Shown: piece after piece, positions 1-8,850 of the stretch
Layout of the letters: each line of letters begins with the position of its first letter
Numbering within the stretch: the stretch's first letter is position 1
Virus record (IMG/VR): IMGVR_UViG_2675903366_000010
Span: 1 to 22,774 of that record
Origin: a virus
Lineage: Duplodnaviria > Heunggongvirae > Uroviricota > Caudoviricetes
Strand: one strand, 5' to 3'
Length of the DNA stretch: 22,774 bases
The notes under the pieces: model-generated
Database searches by the model: none
What the model was told of the DNA's origin: nothing
Seen by the model: only the letters and a program-made list of their open reading frames with translations
Made by a program: the position numbers and the translations under genes

Positions 1-1284
1 CTACTTCTTCGCCTCTGCAACCACTTTGCTACCCACGCCGCGGTTATTGTATTCCCACATGCGGTTGTAGTTAGTGTCATTCAGATTGCGCTGTACTTCG
101 TCGTTATCATCAACGCTGCCGGTGTTACCCGCAAACGGACGATTAGAGATCACCGCATCAGCCCACGGTTTGGCTGTGTTAAAACCTTCGTTGATGGCGC
201 TATCACGGATCACTACCTGACCGTTGGTATTGGCATCAACATCCAGCGAGCGGCCCAGTTGCGCCACGCCATCACCGGAAGCATTGAAACGGCTGTTTAC
301 GGCGAGGAAACCGTAGTAAATGTTGGACAGCGTAGCCGGTGCAAACACATACGCTTCTTGCTGGGTACGGGAGTTCACCACGCGGAATTCGGTGTTATCG
401 AACACCACTGCGCCGCGACCAGAAACGATATCCACATCCCCTTCAATATAGCTGTTGGTCACCAGCGTACGCGGCTGGCGATTCGTTTCCAGACGGTTCT
501 GCACACCGCTGTTGGTGACAAAGAAGGTGTTCTGACGACCGAGAATGTTGACGTTATTGATCTGCACTTTGTCGCCATCAGTACGCAGTGCCACCGCCGG
601 ATGGTTACCCGCATCTACGCTATCGCCCAGCGTGTTTTCGATGGTCAGGTTTTGCAGTTGCAGGCCATTGTTTTGTGACCAGAAGACCGCAGAGCAGAGA
701 ACACCGATACTGTCGCTGCGTTTACTCTGGCAGCTATCGTACATATACCACGCCGGTTTACCTGGCATATATTTGCCGCGCGGGTTGACGTCGTGACGCC
801 AGTCGGCAGGGCTCATGCCACCATCAAGGGAAAGCCCAATCTTCACATCAATCGGTTTTTCACCTGTACCGTACAGAGTAATTCCACCCGGAGCGGCAGG
901 GACATACACCGTTCCCTGATACTCACCAGGCATCACGGCAATATACTGGCGCTTGTTGGTACGCTTGATAATTGCCGCATCTACCGCCGCCTGAATCGTG
1001 GTATGCGTTACACCTTGAGTACCCGCCGGGCCGACAACAAAGTCAGGTTGCGCAGGCAGGGTAATCGGGGAAGGATTCCACGCTGCCGCACCTGGTGTCA
1101 GGGATGCAAAATAGTGTTGAGCATCGAAATTCTGCGCTTCTTTTGCCGACAGAATCGGGCGAGAAGAGGTACCAGGCGCGGTTTGATCAGAAGGACGTTG
1201 ATCGGGCGGTGTTGAGCTACAGGCGGTCAGCGTCACGCCAAAAGCCAATGCCAGCGCCAGACGGGAAACTGAAAATGTGTTCAC
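1..1284 (-). CDS. ybhC: YbhC-like lipoprotein (pectinesterase / acyl-CoA thioesterase family); host gene flanking the lambda attachment site
   Basis: Complete 427-aa ORF with GTG start at 1282-1284 and stop at 1-3; N-terminal lipoprotein signal with LTAC lipobox; recognised from memory as the E. coli gene next to attB-lambda. Confidence 0.85.
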   Translation of the reverse strand: MNTFSVSRLALALAFGVTLTACSSTPPDQRPSDQTAPGTSSRPILSAKEAQNFDAQHYFASLTPGAAAWNPSPITLPAQPDFVVGPAGTQGVTHTTIQAAVDAAIIKRTNKRQYIAVMPGEYQGTVYVPAAPGGITLYGTGEKPIDVKIGLSLDGGMSPADWRHDVNPRGKYMPGKPAWYMYDSCQSKRSDSIGVLCSAVFWSQNNGLQLQNLTIENTLGDSVDAGNHPAVALRTDGDKVQINNVNILGRQNTFFVTNSGVQNRLETNRQPRTLVTNSYIEGDVDIVSGRGAVVFDNTEFRVVNSRTQQEAYVFAPATLSNIYYGFLAVNSRFNASGDGVAQLGRSLDVDANTNGQVVIRDSAINEGFNTAKPWADAVISNRPFAGNTGSVDDNDEVQRNLNDTNYNRMWEYNNRGVGSKVVAEAKK

Positions 1285-1315
1285 AGGTTGCTCCGGGCTA
1301 TGAAATAGAAAAATG

Positions 1316-1420
1316 AATCCGTTGAAGCCTGCTTTTTTATACTAAGTTGGCATTATAAAAAAGCATTGCTTATCAATTTGTTGCAACGAACAGGTCACTA
1401 TCAGTCAAAATAAAATCATT
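1316..1420. other. attL: bacterial B arm, 15-bp core GCTTTTTTATACTAA (1331-1345), phage P' arm with IHF-like site and Int arm-type sites
   Basis: Exact lambda core sequence; downstream TATCAATTTGTTG (IHF consensus) and CAGGTCACTAT / CAGTCAAAAT arm-type repeats, directly abutting the int stop. Confidence 0.9.
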
Positions 1421-2489
1421 ATTTGATTTCAATTTTGTCCCACTCCCTGCCTCTGTCATCACGATACTGTGATGCCATGGTGTCCGACTTATGCCCGAGA
1501 AGATGTTGAGCAAACTTATCGCTTATCTGCTTCTCATAGAGTCTTGCAGACAAACTGCGCAACTCGTGAAAGGTAGGCGGATCCCCTTCGAAGGAAAGAC
1601 CTGATGCTTTTCGTGCGCGCATAAAATACCTTGATACTGTGCCGGATGAAAGCGGTTCACGACGAGTAGATGCAATTATGGTTTCTCCGCCAAGAATCTC
1701 TTTGCATTTATCAAGTGTTTCCTTCATTGATATCCCGAGAGCATCAACATGCAATGTTGTAGGGATGGCAATTTTTACGCCTGTTTTGCTTTGTTCGACA
1801 TAAAGATATCCATCTACGATATCAGACCACTTCATTTCGCATAAATCACCAACTCGCTGCCCGGTAACAACAGCCAGTTCCATTGCAAGTCTGAGCCAAC
1901 ATGGTGATGATTCTGCTGCTTGATAAATTTTCAGGTATTCGTCAGCCGTAAGTCTTGATCTCCTTACCTCTGATTTTGCTGCGCGAGTGGCAGCGACCGG
2001 GTTTGTTGTTATATGGCCTTCAGCTATTGCCTCTCGGAATGCATCGCTCAGTGTTGATCTGATTAACTTGGCTGACGCCGCCTTGCCCTCGTCTATGTAT
2101 CCATTGAGCATTGCCGCAATTTCTTTTGTGGTGATGTCTTCAAGTGGAGCATCAGGCAGCCCCCTCCTTATTGCTTTAATTTTGCTCATGTAATTTATGA
2201 GTGTCTTCTGCTTGATTCCTCTGCTGGCGAGGATTTTTTCGTAGCGATCAAGCCATGAATGTAACGTAACAGAATTATCACTGTTGATTCTCGCTGTCAG
2301 AGGCTTGTGTTTGTGTCCTGAAAATAACTCAATATTGGCCTGTATTGCTTCAGTGATTGCTATCCTCCTGTCTCGGCCTAAACCAAACTCTTTACCCGTC
2401 CTTGGGTCCCTGTAGCAGTAATATCCATTGTTTCTTATATAAAGGTTAGGGGGTAAATCCCGGCGCTCATGACTTCGCCTTCTTCCCAT
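1419..2489 (-). CDS. int: Tyrosine integrase, lambda Int type
   Basis: 356-aa ORF beginning MGRRRSHERRDLPPNLYIRNNGYY, matching lambda Int from memory; adjacent to att core. Confidence 0.97.
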   Translation of the reverse strand: MGRRRSHERRDLPPNLYIRNNGYYCYRDPRTGKEFGLGRDRRIAITEAIQANIELFSGHKHKPLTARINSDNSVTLHSWLDRYEKILASRGIKQKTLINYMSKIKAIRRGLPDAPLEDITTKEIAAMLNGYIDEGKAASAKLIRSTLSDAFREAIAEGHITTNPVAATRAAKSEVRRSRLTADEYLKIYQAAESSPCWLRLAMELAVVTGQRVGDLCEMKWSDIVDGYLYVEQSKTGVKIAIPTTLHVDALGISMKETLDKCKEILGGETIIASTRREPLSSGTVSRYFMRARKASGLSFEGDPPTFHELRSLSARLYEKQISDKFAQHLLGHKSDTMASQYRDDRGREWDKIEIK

Positions 2490-2685
2490 TTCTGATCCTC
2501 TTCAAAAGGCTACCTGTTACTGGTCGATTTAAGTCAACCTTTACCGCTGATTCGTGGAACAGATACTCTCTTCCATCCTTAACCGGAGGAGGGAATATCC
2601 TGCATTCGCGCACCCATCGACGAACTGTTTCAAGGCTTCTTGGGCGTCGCTGGCGTGCGTTCCACTCCTGAAGTGTCAAGTACAT
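2467..2685 (-). CDS. xis: Excisionase Xis
   Basis: 72-aa ORF MYLTLQEWNARQRRPRSLETVRRWV matching lambda Xis; overlaps int start by 23 nt as in lambda. Confidence 0.95.
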   Translation of the reverse strand: MYLTLQEWNARQRRPRSLETVRRWVRECRIFPPPVKDGREYLFHESAVKVDLNRPVTGSLLKRIRNGKKAKS

Positions 2686-2724
2686 CGCAAAGTCTCCGCA
2701 ATTACACGCAAGAAAAAGCCGCCA

Positions 2725-2892
2725 TCAGGCGGCTTGGTGTTCTTTCAGTTCTTCAATTCGAATATTGGTTATGTCTGCATGTGCTATCTGCGCCCATATC
2801 ATCCAGTGGTCATAGCAGTCATTGATGTTCTCTGCTTCGATAACTCTGTTGAATGGTTCTCCATTCCATTCACCTGTGACTCGGAAGTGCAT
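2725..2892 (-). CDS. Small hypothetical protein (55 aa), xis-proximal, lambda orf55-like position
   Basis: Open frame translated by hand (MHFRVTGEWNGEPFNRVIEAENINDCYDHWMIWAQIAHADITNIRIEELKEHQAA); GGAG 7 nt upstream of the ATG; below the 60-aa cutoff of the ORF track. Confidence 0.55.
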   Translation of the reverse strand: MHFRVTGEWNGEPFNRVIEAENINDCYDHWMIWAQIAHADITNIRIEELKEHQAA

Positions 2893-3134
2893 TTATCATC
2901 TCCATAAAACAAAACCCGCCGTAGCGAGTTCAGATAAAAGAAATCCTCGTCAGTGCGAGGATGCTGTTCATTGCTGCTATACACTTTTTTGCTCTCAACG
3001 TAAGCGGTAGCTCATTCTGTTGGGTTGGTGCAGTTGCTTTTAGGAAATGCTATTTACCCCTTAAACGTCGGCTGAAAGAGCTAAAATCCATGCAAAAAAT
3101 TTACGCAATTTTGTGTATTATTGTGCAGTAAGTA

Positions 3135-3737
3135 ATGAGCTATTTTCTGCGCAAAAAATGGATGGTAAATTTGTCCGGGGCAGGAAAAATTTTATGGGCG
3201 CTAAACATGAAAAAAGATTCGTATCCTTATTTGATTTGCATGACAGTTTCAGGCCTGATCTTTATTTTCCTTTTCTTCTGGTGGCGGGCAGATATTTACA
3301 GGGTCACGTTTCTTAATCAGAGTATATCCCACTATTACATTCTGTTTAGCATGGGAATAGCTTTTCTGTTATCTCTGTTTTGGGTTAAGAAGGGGATAGT
3401 AAAACAAAGCGGCTGGAAGAGTCTGTCAGCATACCTTAAGGTTTATGCAGGGATGTGCATATTTGCTGGATTTTTTCTGATTATACCCCTTACAACACTA
3501 ACTTATTTTTTGCCTGGAGAGACATCGTCTTATGTTGCACCGTATCGGTATACTTCCGGTAGTTCAAAAAGTTGTTCTGGAGCTGAGGTGGATGACCCCG
3601 ATCTACATGAGAATATTCGCATTTGCTATCCGTATGGCAATTATGAGTACGATAATATTATCTATGTTGAAAAGAAAATTAATACATTAGGTGCGGTAGT
3701 AACATATGCACAGACCGCGCGTGATGATACTGAATGA
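3135..3737 (+). CDS. Hypothetical membrane protein (about 3 TM segments plus a roughly 70-aa C-terminal domain), AT-rich cargo gene on the strand opposite to the pL operon
   Basis: 200-aa ORF in AT-rich DNA; hydrophobic stretches LICMTVSGLIFIFLFFWW, YYILFSMGIAFLLSLFWV, GMCIFAGFFLIIPLTTL; start codon uncertain (in-frame ATGs at 3135, 3162, 3207). Confidence 0.55.
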   Translation: MSYFLRKKWMVNLSGAGKILWALNMKKDSYPYLICMTVSGLIFIFLFFWWRADIYRVTFLNQSISHYYILFSMGIAFLLSLFWVKKGIVKQSGWKSLSAYLKVYAGMCIFAGFFLIIPLTTLTYFLPGETSSYVAPYRYTSGSSKSCSGAEVDDPDLHENIRICYPYGNYEYDNIIYVEKKINTLGAVVTYAQTARDDTE

Positions 3738-3947
3738 GATAGTATATAGCGGGCAAGTTTTAGTTAATTTATCGAGGTAATATAATTTACCTCGACTCGT
3801 TTATTCTGGTATTAATATTTCGCTTTACGATCGATTTTTATCTGATGATATTATGCGGTTTTCATATACTGACTTACTGTCTTTTCTCCGTTAGCGATTT
3901 TCTCCTGCTCAGCGATGATTTTATCTTTGGCTTCTAGTTAATTTCGC

Positions 3948-4169
3948 TCACTTCGAACCTCTCTGTTTACTGATAAGTTCCAGATCCTCCTGGCAACTTG
4001 CACAAGTCCGACAACCCTGAACGGCCAGGCGTCTTCGCTCATCTATGGGATCGCCACACTCACAACAATGAGTGGCAGATATAGCCTGGTGGTTCAGGCG
4101 GCGCATTTTTATTGCTGTGTTGCGCTGTAATTCTTCAATTTCTGATGCTGAATCAATGATGTCTGCCAT
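3948..4169 (-). CDS. TraR/DksA-family C4 zinc-finger protein (lambda Orf73-like)
   Basis: 73-aa ORF with CCECGDPIDERRRLAVQGCRTCASC (CxxC...CxxC) typical of TraR/DksA C4 fingers; position matches lambda orf73. Confidence 0.8.
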   Translation of the reverse strand: MADIIDSASEIEELQRNTAIKMRRLNHQAISATHCCECGDPIDERRRLAVQGCRTCASCQEDLELISKQRGSK

Positions 4170-4224
4170 CTTCCATTAATCCCTGAATTGTTGGTTAATA
4201 CGCTTGAGGGTGAATGCGAACAAT

Positions 4225-4245
4225 AAAAAAGGAGCCTGTAGCTCC
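4225..4245 (-). terminator. Intrinsic terminator-like hairpin on the leftward transcript (tL3-like position)
   Basis: Minus strand reads GGAGC-tacag-GCTCC followed by TTTTTTATT. Confidence 0.5.
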
Positions 4246-4267
4246 CTGATGATTTTGCTTTTCATGC

Positions 4268-4483
4268 TCACCGTTCCTTAAAGACGCCGTTTAACATGCC
4301 GATCGCCAGGCTTAAATGAGTCGGTGTGAATCCCATCAGCGTTACCGTTTCGCGGTGCTTCTTCAGTACGCTACGGCAAATGTCATCGACGTTTTTATCC
4401 GGAAACTGCTGTCTGGCTTTTTTGATTTCAGAATTAGCCTGACGGGCAATACTGCGAAGGGCGTTTTCTTGCTGAGGTGTCAT
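4268..4483 (-). CDS. Small hypothetical early protein (71 aa from MTPQQENALRS; 93 aa if the upstream ATG at 4549 is used)
   Basis: ORF in the exo-proximal small-gene cluster of the pL operon; no recognisable motif. Confidence 0.55.
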   Translation of the reverse strand: MTPQQENALRSIARQANSEIKKARQQFPDKNVDDICRSVLKKHRETVTLMGFTPTHLSLAIGMLNGVFKER

Positions 4484-4559
4484 TGAACAAGTCCCATGTC
4501 GGCAAGCATAAGCACACAGAATATGAAGCCCGCTGCCAGAAAAATGCATTCAGTGGTTG

Positions 4560-4751
4560 TCATACCAGGTCTCTCTCATCTGCTTCTGCTTTCGCCACCA
4601 TCATTTCCAGCTTTTGCGAAAGGGATGTGGCTAACGTATGAAATTCTTCGTCTGTTTCTACTGGTATTGGCACAAACCTGACTCCAATTTGAGCAAGGCT
4701 ATGTGCCATCTCAATACTCGTTCTTAACTCAACAGGAGATGCTTTGTGCAT
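4560..4751 (-). CDS. Small early protein, lambda orf63/orf60a-family position (63 aa)
   Basis: 63-aa [40 protein letters not shown]; collinear with the lambda small ORFs between orf73 and exo. Confidence 0.65.
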   Translation of the reverse strand: MHKASPVELRTSIEMAHSLAQIGVRFVPIPVETDEEFHTLATSLSQKLEMMVAKAEADERDLV

Positions 4752-4912
4752 ATCGCCTCCCGTTTATTATTTATCTCCTCAGCCAGCCGCTGGGCTTTCA
4801 GTGGATTTTGGATAACAGAAAGGCCGGGAAATACCCAGCCTCGCTTTGTAACGGAGTAGACGAAAGTGATCGCACCTACCCGGATATTATCGTGAGGATG
4901 CGTCATCGCCAT
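4724..4912 (-). CDS. Small early protein, lambda orf61-like position (62 aa)
   Basis: ORF immediately upstream of exo, overlapping neighbours by short out-of-frame overlaps as in lambda. Confidence 0.55.
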   Translation of the reverse strand: MAMTHPHDNIRVGAITFVYSVTKRGWVFPGLSVIQNPLKAQRLAEEINNKREAICTKHLLLS

Positions 4913-5583
4913 TGCTCCCCAAATACAAAACCAATTTCAGCCAGTGCCTCGTCCATTTTTTCGATGAACTCCGGCACCATCTCGTCAAAACTCGCCATGT
5001 AATTTTCATCCCGCTCAACCACGACATAATGCAGGCCTTCACGCTTCATTCGTGGGTCATAGTTGGCAAAGTACCAGGCATCTTTTCGCGTCACCCACAT
5101 GCTGTACTGCACCTGGGCCATGTAAGCCGACTTTATGGCCTCGAAACCACCGAGCCGGAATTTCATGAAATCCCGGGAGGTAAACGGGCATTTCAGTTCA
5201 AGGCCGTTGCCGTCACTGCATAAACCATCGGGAGAGCAGGCGGTGCGCATACTTTCGTCGCGATAGATGATCGGGGATTCAGTAACATTCACGCCGGAAG
5301 TGAACTCAAAGAGGGCTCTGGCGTCGTTCTCGTACTGTATTCCCCAGGCCAGCGCCTTAGCGTTAACTTCCGGAGCCACACCGGTGCAAACCTCGGCAAG
5401 CAGGGTGTGGAAGTAGGACATTTTCATGTCAGGCCATTTCTTTCCGGAGCGGGGTTTTGCTATCACATTGTGAACTTCTGAAGCGGTGATGACGCCGAGC
5501 CGTAATTTGTGCCACGCATCATCCCCCTGTTCGACAGCTCTCACGTCGATTCCGGTACGCTGCAGGATAATGTCCGGTGTCAT
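4903..5583 (-). CDS. exo: Lambda exonuclease (Red-alpha)
   Basis: 226-aa ORF matching lambda Exo from memory ([40 protein letters not shown]). Confidence 0.97.
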   Translation of the reverse strand: MTPDIILQRTGIDVRAVEQGDDAWHKLRLGVITASEVHNVIAKPRSGKKWPDMKMSYFHTLLAEVCTGVAPEVNAKALAWGIQYENDARALFEFTSGVNVTESPIIYRDESMRTACSPDGLCSDGNGLELKCPFTSRDFMKFRLGGFEAIKSAYMAQVQYSMWVTRKDAWYFANYDPRMKREGLHYVVVERDENYMASFDEMVPEFIEKMDEALAEIGFVFGEQWR

Positions 5584-6365
5584 ACAGCCACCTTCTGTTC
5601 AGAGGCTTTCTGTTTCAGGAATCCAAGAGCTTTCATTGCTTCTGCCTGTGTCAGTTCTGACGATGCGCGAATGTCGCGGCGAAATATCTGGGAACAGAGC
5701 GGCAATAAGTCGTCATCCCATGTTTTGTCCAGGGCAATCAGCAGAGTGTTAATCTCCTGCATGGTTTCATCGTTAACCGGAGTGATGTCGCGTTCCGGCT
5801 GGCGTTCTGCAGTGTATGCAGTATTTTCGACAATGCGCTCGGCTTCATCCTTGTCATAGATACCAGCAAATCCGAAGGCCAGACGGGCACACTGAATCAT
5901 AGCTTTATGCCGTAACATCCGTTTAGGATGCGACTGCCACGGCCCCGTGATTTCTCTGCCTTCGCGGGTTTTGAATGGTTCGCGGCGGCATTCATCCATC
6001 CATTCGGTAACGCAGATCGGATGATTACGGTCCTTGCGGTAAATCCGGCATGTACAGGATTCATTGTCCTGCTCAAAGTCCATGCCATCAAACTGCTGGT
6101 TTTCATTGATGATGCGGGACCAGCCATCAACGCCCACCACCGGAACGATGCCGTTCTGCTTATCAGGGAAGGCGTAAATTTCTTTCGTCCACGGATTAAG
6201 GCCGTACTGGTTGGCGACGATCAACAATGCGATGAACTGCGCATCGCTGGCATCGCCTTTAAATGCCGTCTGGCGAAGAGTGGTGATCAGTTCCTGTGGG
6301 TCGACAGAATCCATGCCGACACGTTCAGCCAGCTTCCCTGCCAGCGTTGCGAGTGCTGTACTCAT
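5580..6365 (-). CDS. bet: Red-beta single-strand annealing protein
   Basis: 261-aa ORF matching lambda Bet ([72 protein letters not shown]). Confidence 0.97.
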   Translation of the reverse strand: MSTALATLAGKLAERVGMDSVDPQELITTLRQTAFKGDASDAQFIALLIVANQYGLNPWTKEIYAFPDKQNGIVPVVGVDGWSRIINENQQFDGMDFEQDNESCTCRIYRKDRNHPICVTEWMDECRREPFKTREGREITGPWQSHPKRMLRHKAMIQCARLAFGFAGIYDKDEAERIVENTAYTAERQPERDITPVNDETMQEINTLLIALDKTWDDDLLPLCSQIFRRDIRASSELTQAEAMKALGFLKQKASEQKVAV

Positions 6366-6370
6366 CCGTT

Positions 6371-6667
6371 TTATACCTCTGAATCAATATCAACCTGATG
6401 GTGAGCAATGGTGTCAACCATGTACCGGATGTGTTCTGCCATGCGCTCCTGAAACTCAACATCGTCATCAAACGCACGGGTAATGGCTTTTTTGCTGGCC
6501 CCGTGGCGTTGCAAATGACCGATGCATAGCGATTCAAACAGGTGCTGGGGCAGGCCTTTTTCCATGTCGTCTGCCAGTTCTGCCTCTTTCTCTTCACGGG
6601 CTATCTGCTGGTAGTGACGCGCCCAGCTCTGAGCCTCAAGACGATCCTGAATGTAATAAGCGTTCAT
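6371..6667 (-). CDS. gam: Gam, RecBCD inhibitor (98-aa short form only; see findings)
   Basis: [21 protein letters not shown]... matches lambda GamS; AGGAG 7 nt upstream; the upstream ATG at 6786-6788 is in a different frame. Confidence 0.9.
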   Translation of the reverse strand: MNAYYIQDRLEAQSWARHYQQIAREEKEAELADDMEKGLPQHLFESLCIGHLQRHGASKKAITRAFDDDVEFQERMAEHIRYMVDTIAHHQVDIDSEV

Positions 6668-6742
6668 GGCCGAACTCCTGAAAATGGCTGTGAAAATATC
6701 GCCCGCGAAATGCCGGGCTGATTAGGAAAACAGGAAAGGGGG

Positions 6743-6886
6743 TTAGTGAATGCTTTTGCTTGATCTCAGTTTCAGTATTAATATCCATTTTTTATAAGCG
6801 TCGACGGCCTCACGAAACATCTTTTCATCGCCAATAAAAGTGGCGATAGTGAATTTAGTCTGGATAGCCATAATTGTTTGATCCAT
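6743..6886 (-). CDS. kil: Kil (host cell-division inhibitor), 47 aa
   Basis: Internal ATG at 6884-6886 of the 89-aa track ORF gives [47 protein letters not shown]; AGGAG 9 nt upstream; 32-nt overlap with cIII as in lambda. Confidence 0.85.
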   Translation of the reverse strand: MDQTIMAIQTKFTIATFIGDEKMFREAVDAYKKWILILKLRSSKSIH

Positions 6887-7019
6887 TTTTTGGGACTCCT
6901 GGCTGATTAAGTATGTCGATAAGGCGTTTCCATCCGTCACGTAATTTACGGGTGATTCGTTCAAGTAAAGATTCGGAAGGGCAGCCAGCAACAGGCCACC
7001 CTGCAATGGCATATTGCAT
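6855..7019 (-). CDS. cIII: CIII (FtsH inhibitor stabilising CII), 54 aa
   Basis: Hand translation [54 protein letters not shown]; AAGGAG upstream; below the ORF-track length cutoff. Confidence 0.9.
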   Translation of the reverse strand: MQYAIAGWPVAGCPSESLLERITRKLRDGWKRLIDILNQPGVPKNGSNNYGYPD

Positions 7020-7091
7020 GGTGTGCTCCTTATTTATACATAACGAAAAACGCCTCGAGTGAAGCGTAATTGGTATGCGGTAACGCCGCGC

Positions 7092-7460
7092 TCAGGCGGC
7101 CTTGATAGTCATATCATCTGAATCAAATATTTCTGATGTATCGATATCGGTAATTCTTATTCCTTCACTACCATCCATTGGAGGCCATCCTTCCTGACCA
7201 TTTCCATCATTCCAGTCGAACTCACACACAACACCATATGCATTTAAGTCGCTTGAAATTGCTATAAGCAGAGCATGTTGCGCCAGCATGATTAATACAG
7301 CATTTAATACAGAGCCGTGTTTATTGAGTCGGTATTCAGAGTCTGACCAGAAATTATTAATCTGGTGAAGTTTTTCCTCTGTCATTACGTCATGGTCGAT
7401 TTCAATTTCTATTGATGCTTTCCAGTCGTAATCAATGATGTATTTTTTGATGTTTGACAT
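7092..7460 (-). CDS. ea10: Ea10 (lambda early single-strand-binding-like protein)
   Basis: 122-aa ORF at the same offset from cIII (72-nt gap) and of the same length as lambda ea10. Confidence 0.75.
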   Translation of the reverse strand: MSNIKKYIIDYDWKASIEIEIDHDVMTEEKLHQINNFWSDSEYRLNKHGSVLNAVLIMLAQHALLIAISSDLNAYGVVCEFDWNDGNGQEGWPPMDGSEGIRITDIDTSEIFDSDDMTIKAA

Positions 7461-7480
7461 CTGTTCATATCCTCACAGAT

Positions 7481-7506
7481 AAAAAATCGCCCTCATCTTG
7501 GAGGGC
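7481..7506 (-). terminator. Intrinsic terminator-like hairpin just upstream of ea10 (tL2-like)
   Basis: Minus strand GCCCTC-caagat-GAGGGC followed by GATTTTTT. Confidence 0.5.
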
Positions 7507-7648
7507 AAAGAAGATTTCCAATAATCAGAACAAGTCGGCTCCTGTTTAGTTACGAGCGACATTGCTCCGTGTATTCACTCGTTGGAATGAATACACAGCG
7601 CTGTGTTTATTCTGTTGTTTGCGTGAAAATGAAATCCGCCTGAGCGGG

Positions 7649-8530
7649 TTATGACCACTTTTTGTTTGGGTTTCGTTGGTGAGCGTGGTTTACAGGATTA
7701 TTTGATATACCCCATAACTCTGACTCGCTTATCTCTACACGAGAGAAAGACCTGCTTTCTTTCAGTTCTTTTATAAACCTAGAACCTAAGATGACATCTA
7801 TTGTACCAGAAAGTTCTTGTAAAAGATCTTTGTTTTTTCTGAGGAAGAAAATATCTTCTTTATATTTAATTTTTACATAGAATTTATTCTGTATTTTTAA
7901 TATATCAAAGCATGGCAGATATCTATATCCCTCATATTTTCGCCACTGCTTAACAATTATAACATCTTTTTCATTTACTGCATTAATCAGCCCAAGACCA
8001 AGTACAGGTATGAATATTCTATTGTCTGCCGAAAGCGTACAATTATCACCACCAGGCAAATATGTATAAATCATGTCGGAATTTTTATACGCATCAACGA
8101 ATGCACGTAAGAAGCGTACATATTTTTGCCATCCGTTTATACCGAATTTACCATATAAGTATTCTTTATTTGTTAGAAGAAAACTATTTGTATCAGGATC
8201 CTTATCTACAGACCTGTCGATAAGATCTCCAACTACGTTTACAAAGTCAAAGACAGAGTTTAATAAGAACAATTGTCTTTCAGTAGGGCGAATTTCAATT
8301 ATGTAGCCAGGATGAAGACGATATTGCATCTGCTTACGAAGTATACCGAACGCTTGGGTCCGAGCATCTGAAAGCAACTTCTTGTCGCCATCGCCGTGAG
8401 CATTGTTTCTAATAAAACTGATATAATTTGCTAATTTTTCAGCCTCTTTTTTGTGTTTTTTTCGCTCTGATGCTGAGTCTATTGGTTTTGGTATGGACTT
8501 GTAATCAATCTTCTTCATTACGTACCTCAT
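7649..8530 (-). CDS. Hypothetical 293-aa protein, AT-rich, no recognisable family; occupies the ral/sieB accessory locus
   Basis: ATG at 8528-8530 overlaps the N stop (ATGA); second in-frame ATG at 8516-8518 with a GAGG upstream; no long hydrophobic segment. Confidence 0.7.
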   Translation of the reverse strand: MRYVMKKIDYKSIPKPIDSASERKKHKKEAEKLANYISFIRNNAHGDGDKKLLSDARTQAFGILRKQMQYRLHPGYIIEIRPTERQLFLLNSVFDFVNVVGDLIDRSVDKDPDTNSFLLTNKEYLYGKFGINGWQKYVRFLRAFVDAYKNSDMIYTYLPGGDNCTLSADNRIFIPVLGLGLINAVNEKDVIIVKQWRKYEGYRYLPCFDILKIQNKFYVKIKYKEDIFFLRKNKDLLQELSGTIDVILGSRFIKELKESRSFSRVEISESELWGISNNPVNHAHQRNPNKKWS

Positions 8531-8850
8531 GCCAATGGAATGGATTCCCCTTTAACCTTTTGTCTTCCTTGACAAGTTATACCGAACTCACCTGGCTTGC
8601 TATACCAAACTCGATGATTCTTGCGCTCAATACGTTGCAGGTTGCTTTCAATCTGTTCGTGGTATTCAGCCAGCACCGTAAGGTCTATCGGATTCAGTGC
8701 GCTTTCTACTCGTGATTTCGGTTTGCGATTCAGCGAGAGAATAGGGCGGTTAACTGGTTTAGCGCTTACCCCAACCAACAGGGGATTTGCTGCTTTCCAT
8801 TGAGCCTGTTTCTCTGCGCGACGTTCGCGGCGGCGTGTTTGTGCATCCAT
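8527..8850 (-). CDS. N: Antiterminator N (107 aa)
   Basis: Internal ATG at 8848-8850 gives MDAQTRRRERRAEKQAQWKAANPLLVGVSAKPVNRPILSLNRKPKSRVESALNPIDLTVLAEYH...; ARM motif as in lambda N; AGGAG 7 nt upstream; C-terminal third differs from my memory of lambda N at several residues. Confidence 0.92.
   Translation of the reverse strand: MDAQTRRRERRAEKQAQWKAANPLLVGVSAKPVNRPILSLNRKPKSRVESALNPIDLTVLAEYHEQIESNLQRIERKNHRVWYSKPGEFGITCQGRQKVKGESIPLA

Noticed and set aside
259-1316. Plus-strand ORFs (139, 83, 66, 140, 73 aa) inside ybhC
   Set aside because: Antisense shadow ORFs within a well-supported 427-aa gene; Arg/Cys-rich low-complexity translations
2799-2984. 61-aa minus-strand ORF and overlapping plus-strand ORFs (2554-2907, 2640-2825, 2822-3010)
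   Set aside because: Overlap the better-supported 55-aa orf55-like gene (2725-2892, good RBS) in other frames; no RBS of their own
5897-6483. ORFs antisense or out of frame within bet and gam (77, 156, 90 aa)
   Set aside because: Embedded in confidently identified genes; no independent support
6743-7012. 89-aa ORF from the track
   Set aside because: Upstream extension of the kil frame; the real gene is the 47-aa Kil from the internal ATG with AGGAG, and cIII occupies the overlapping frame
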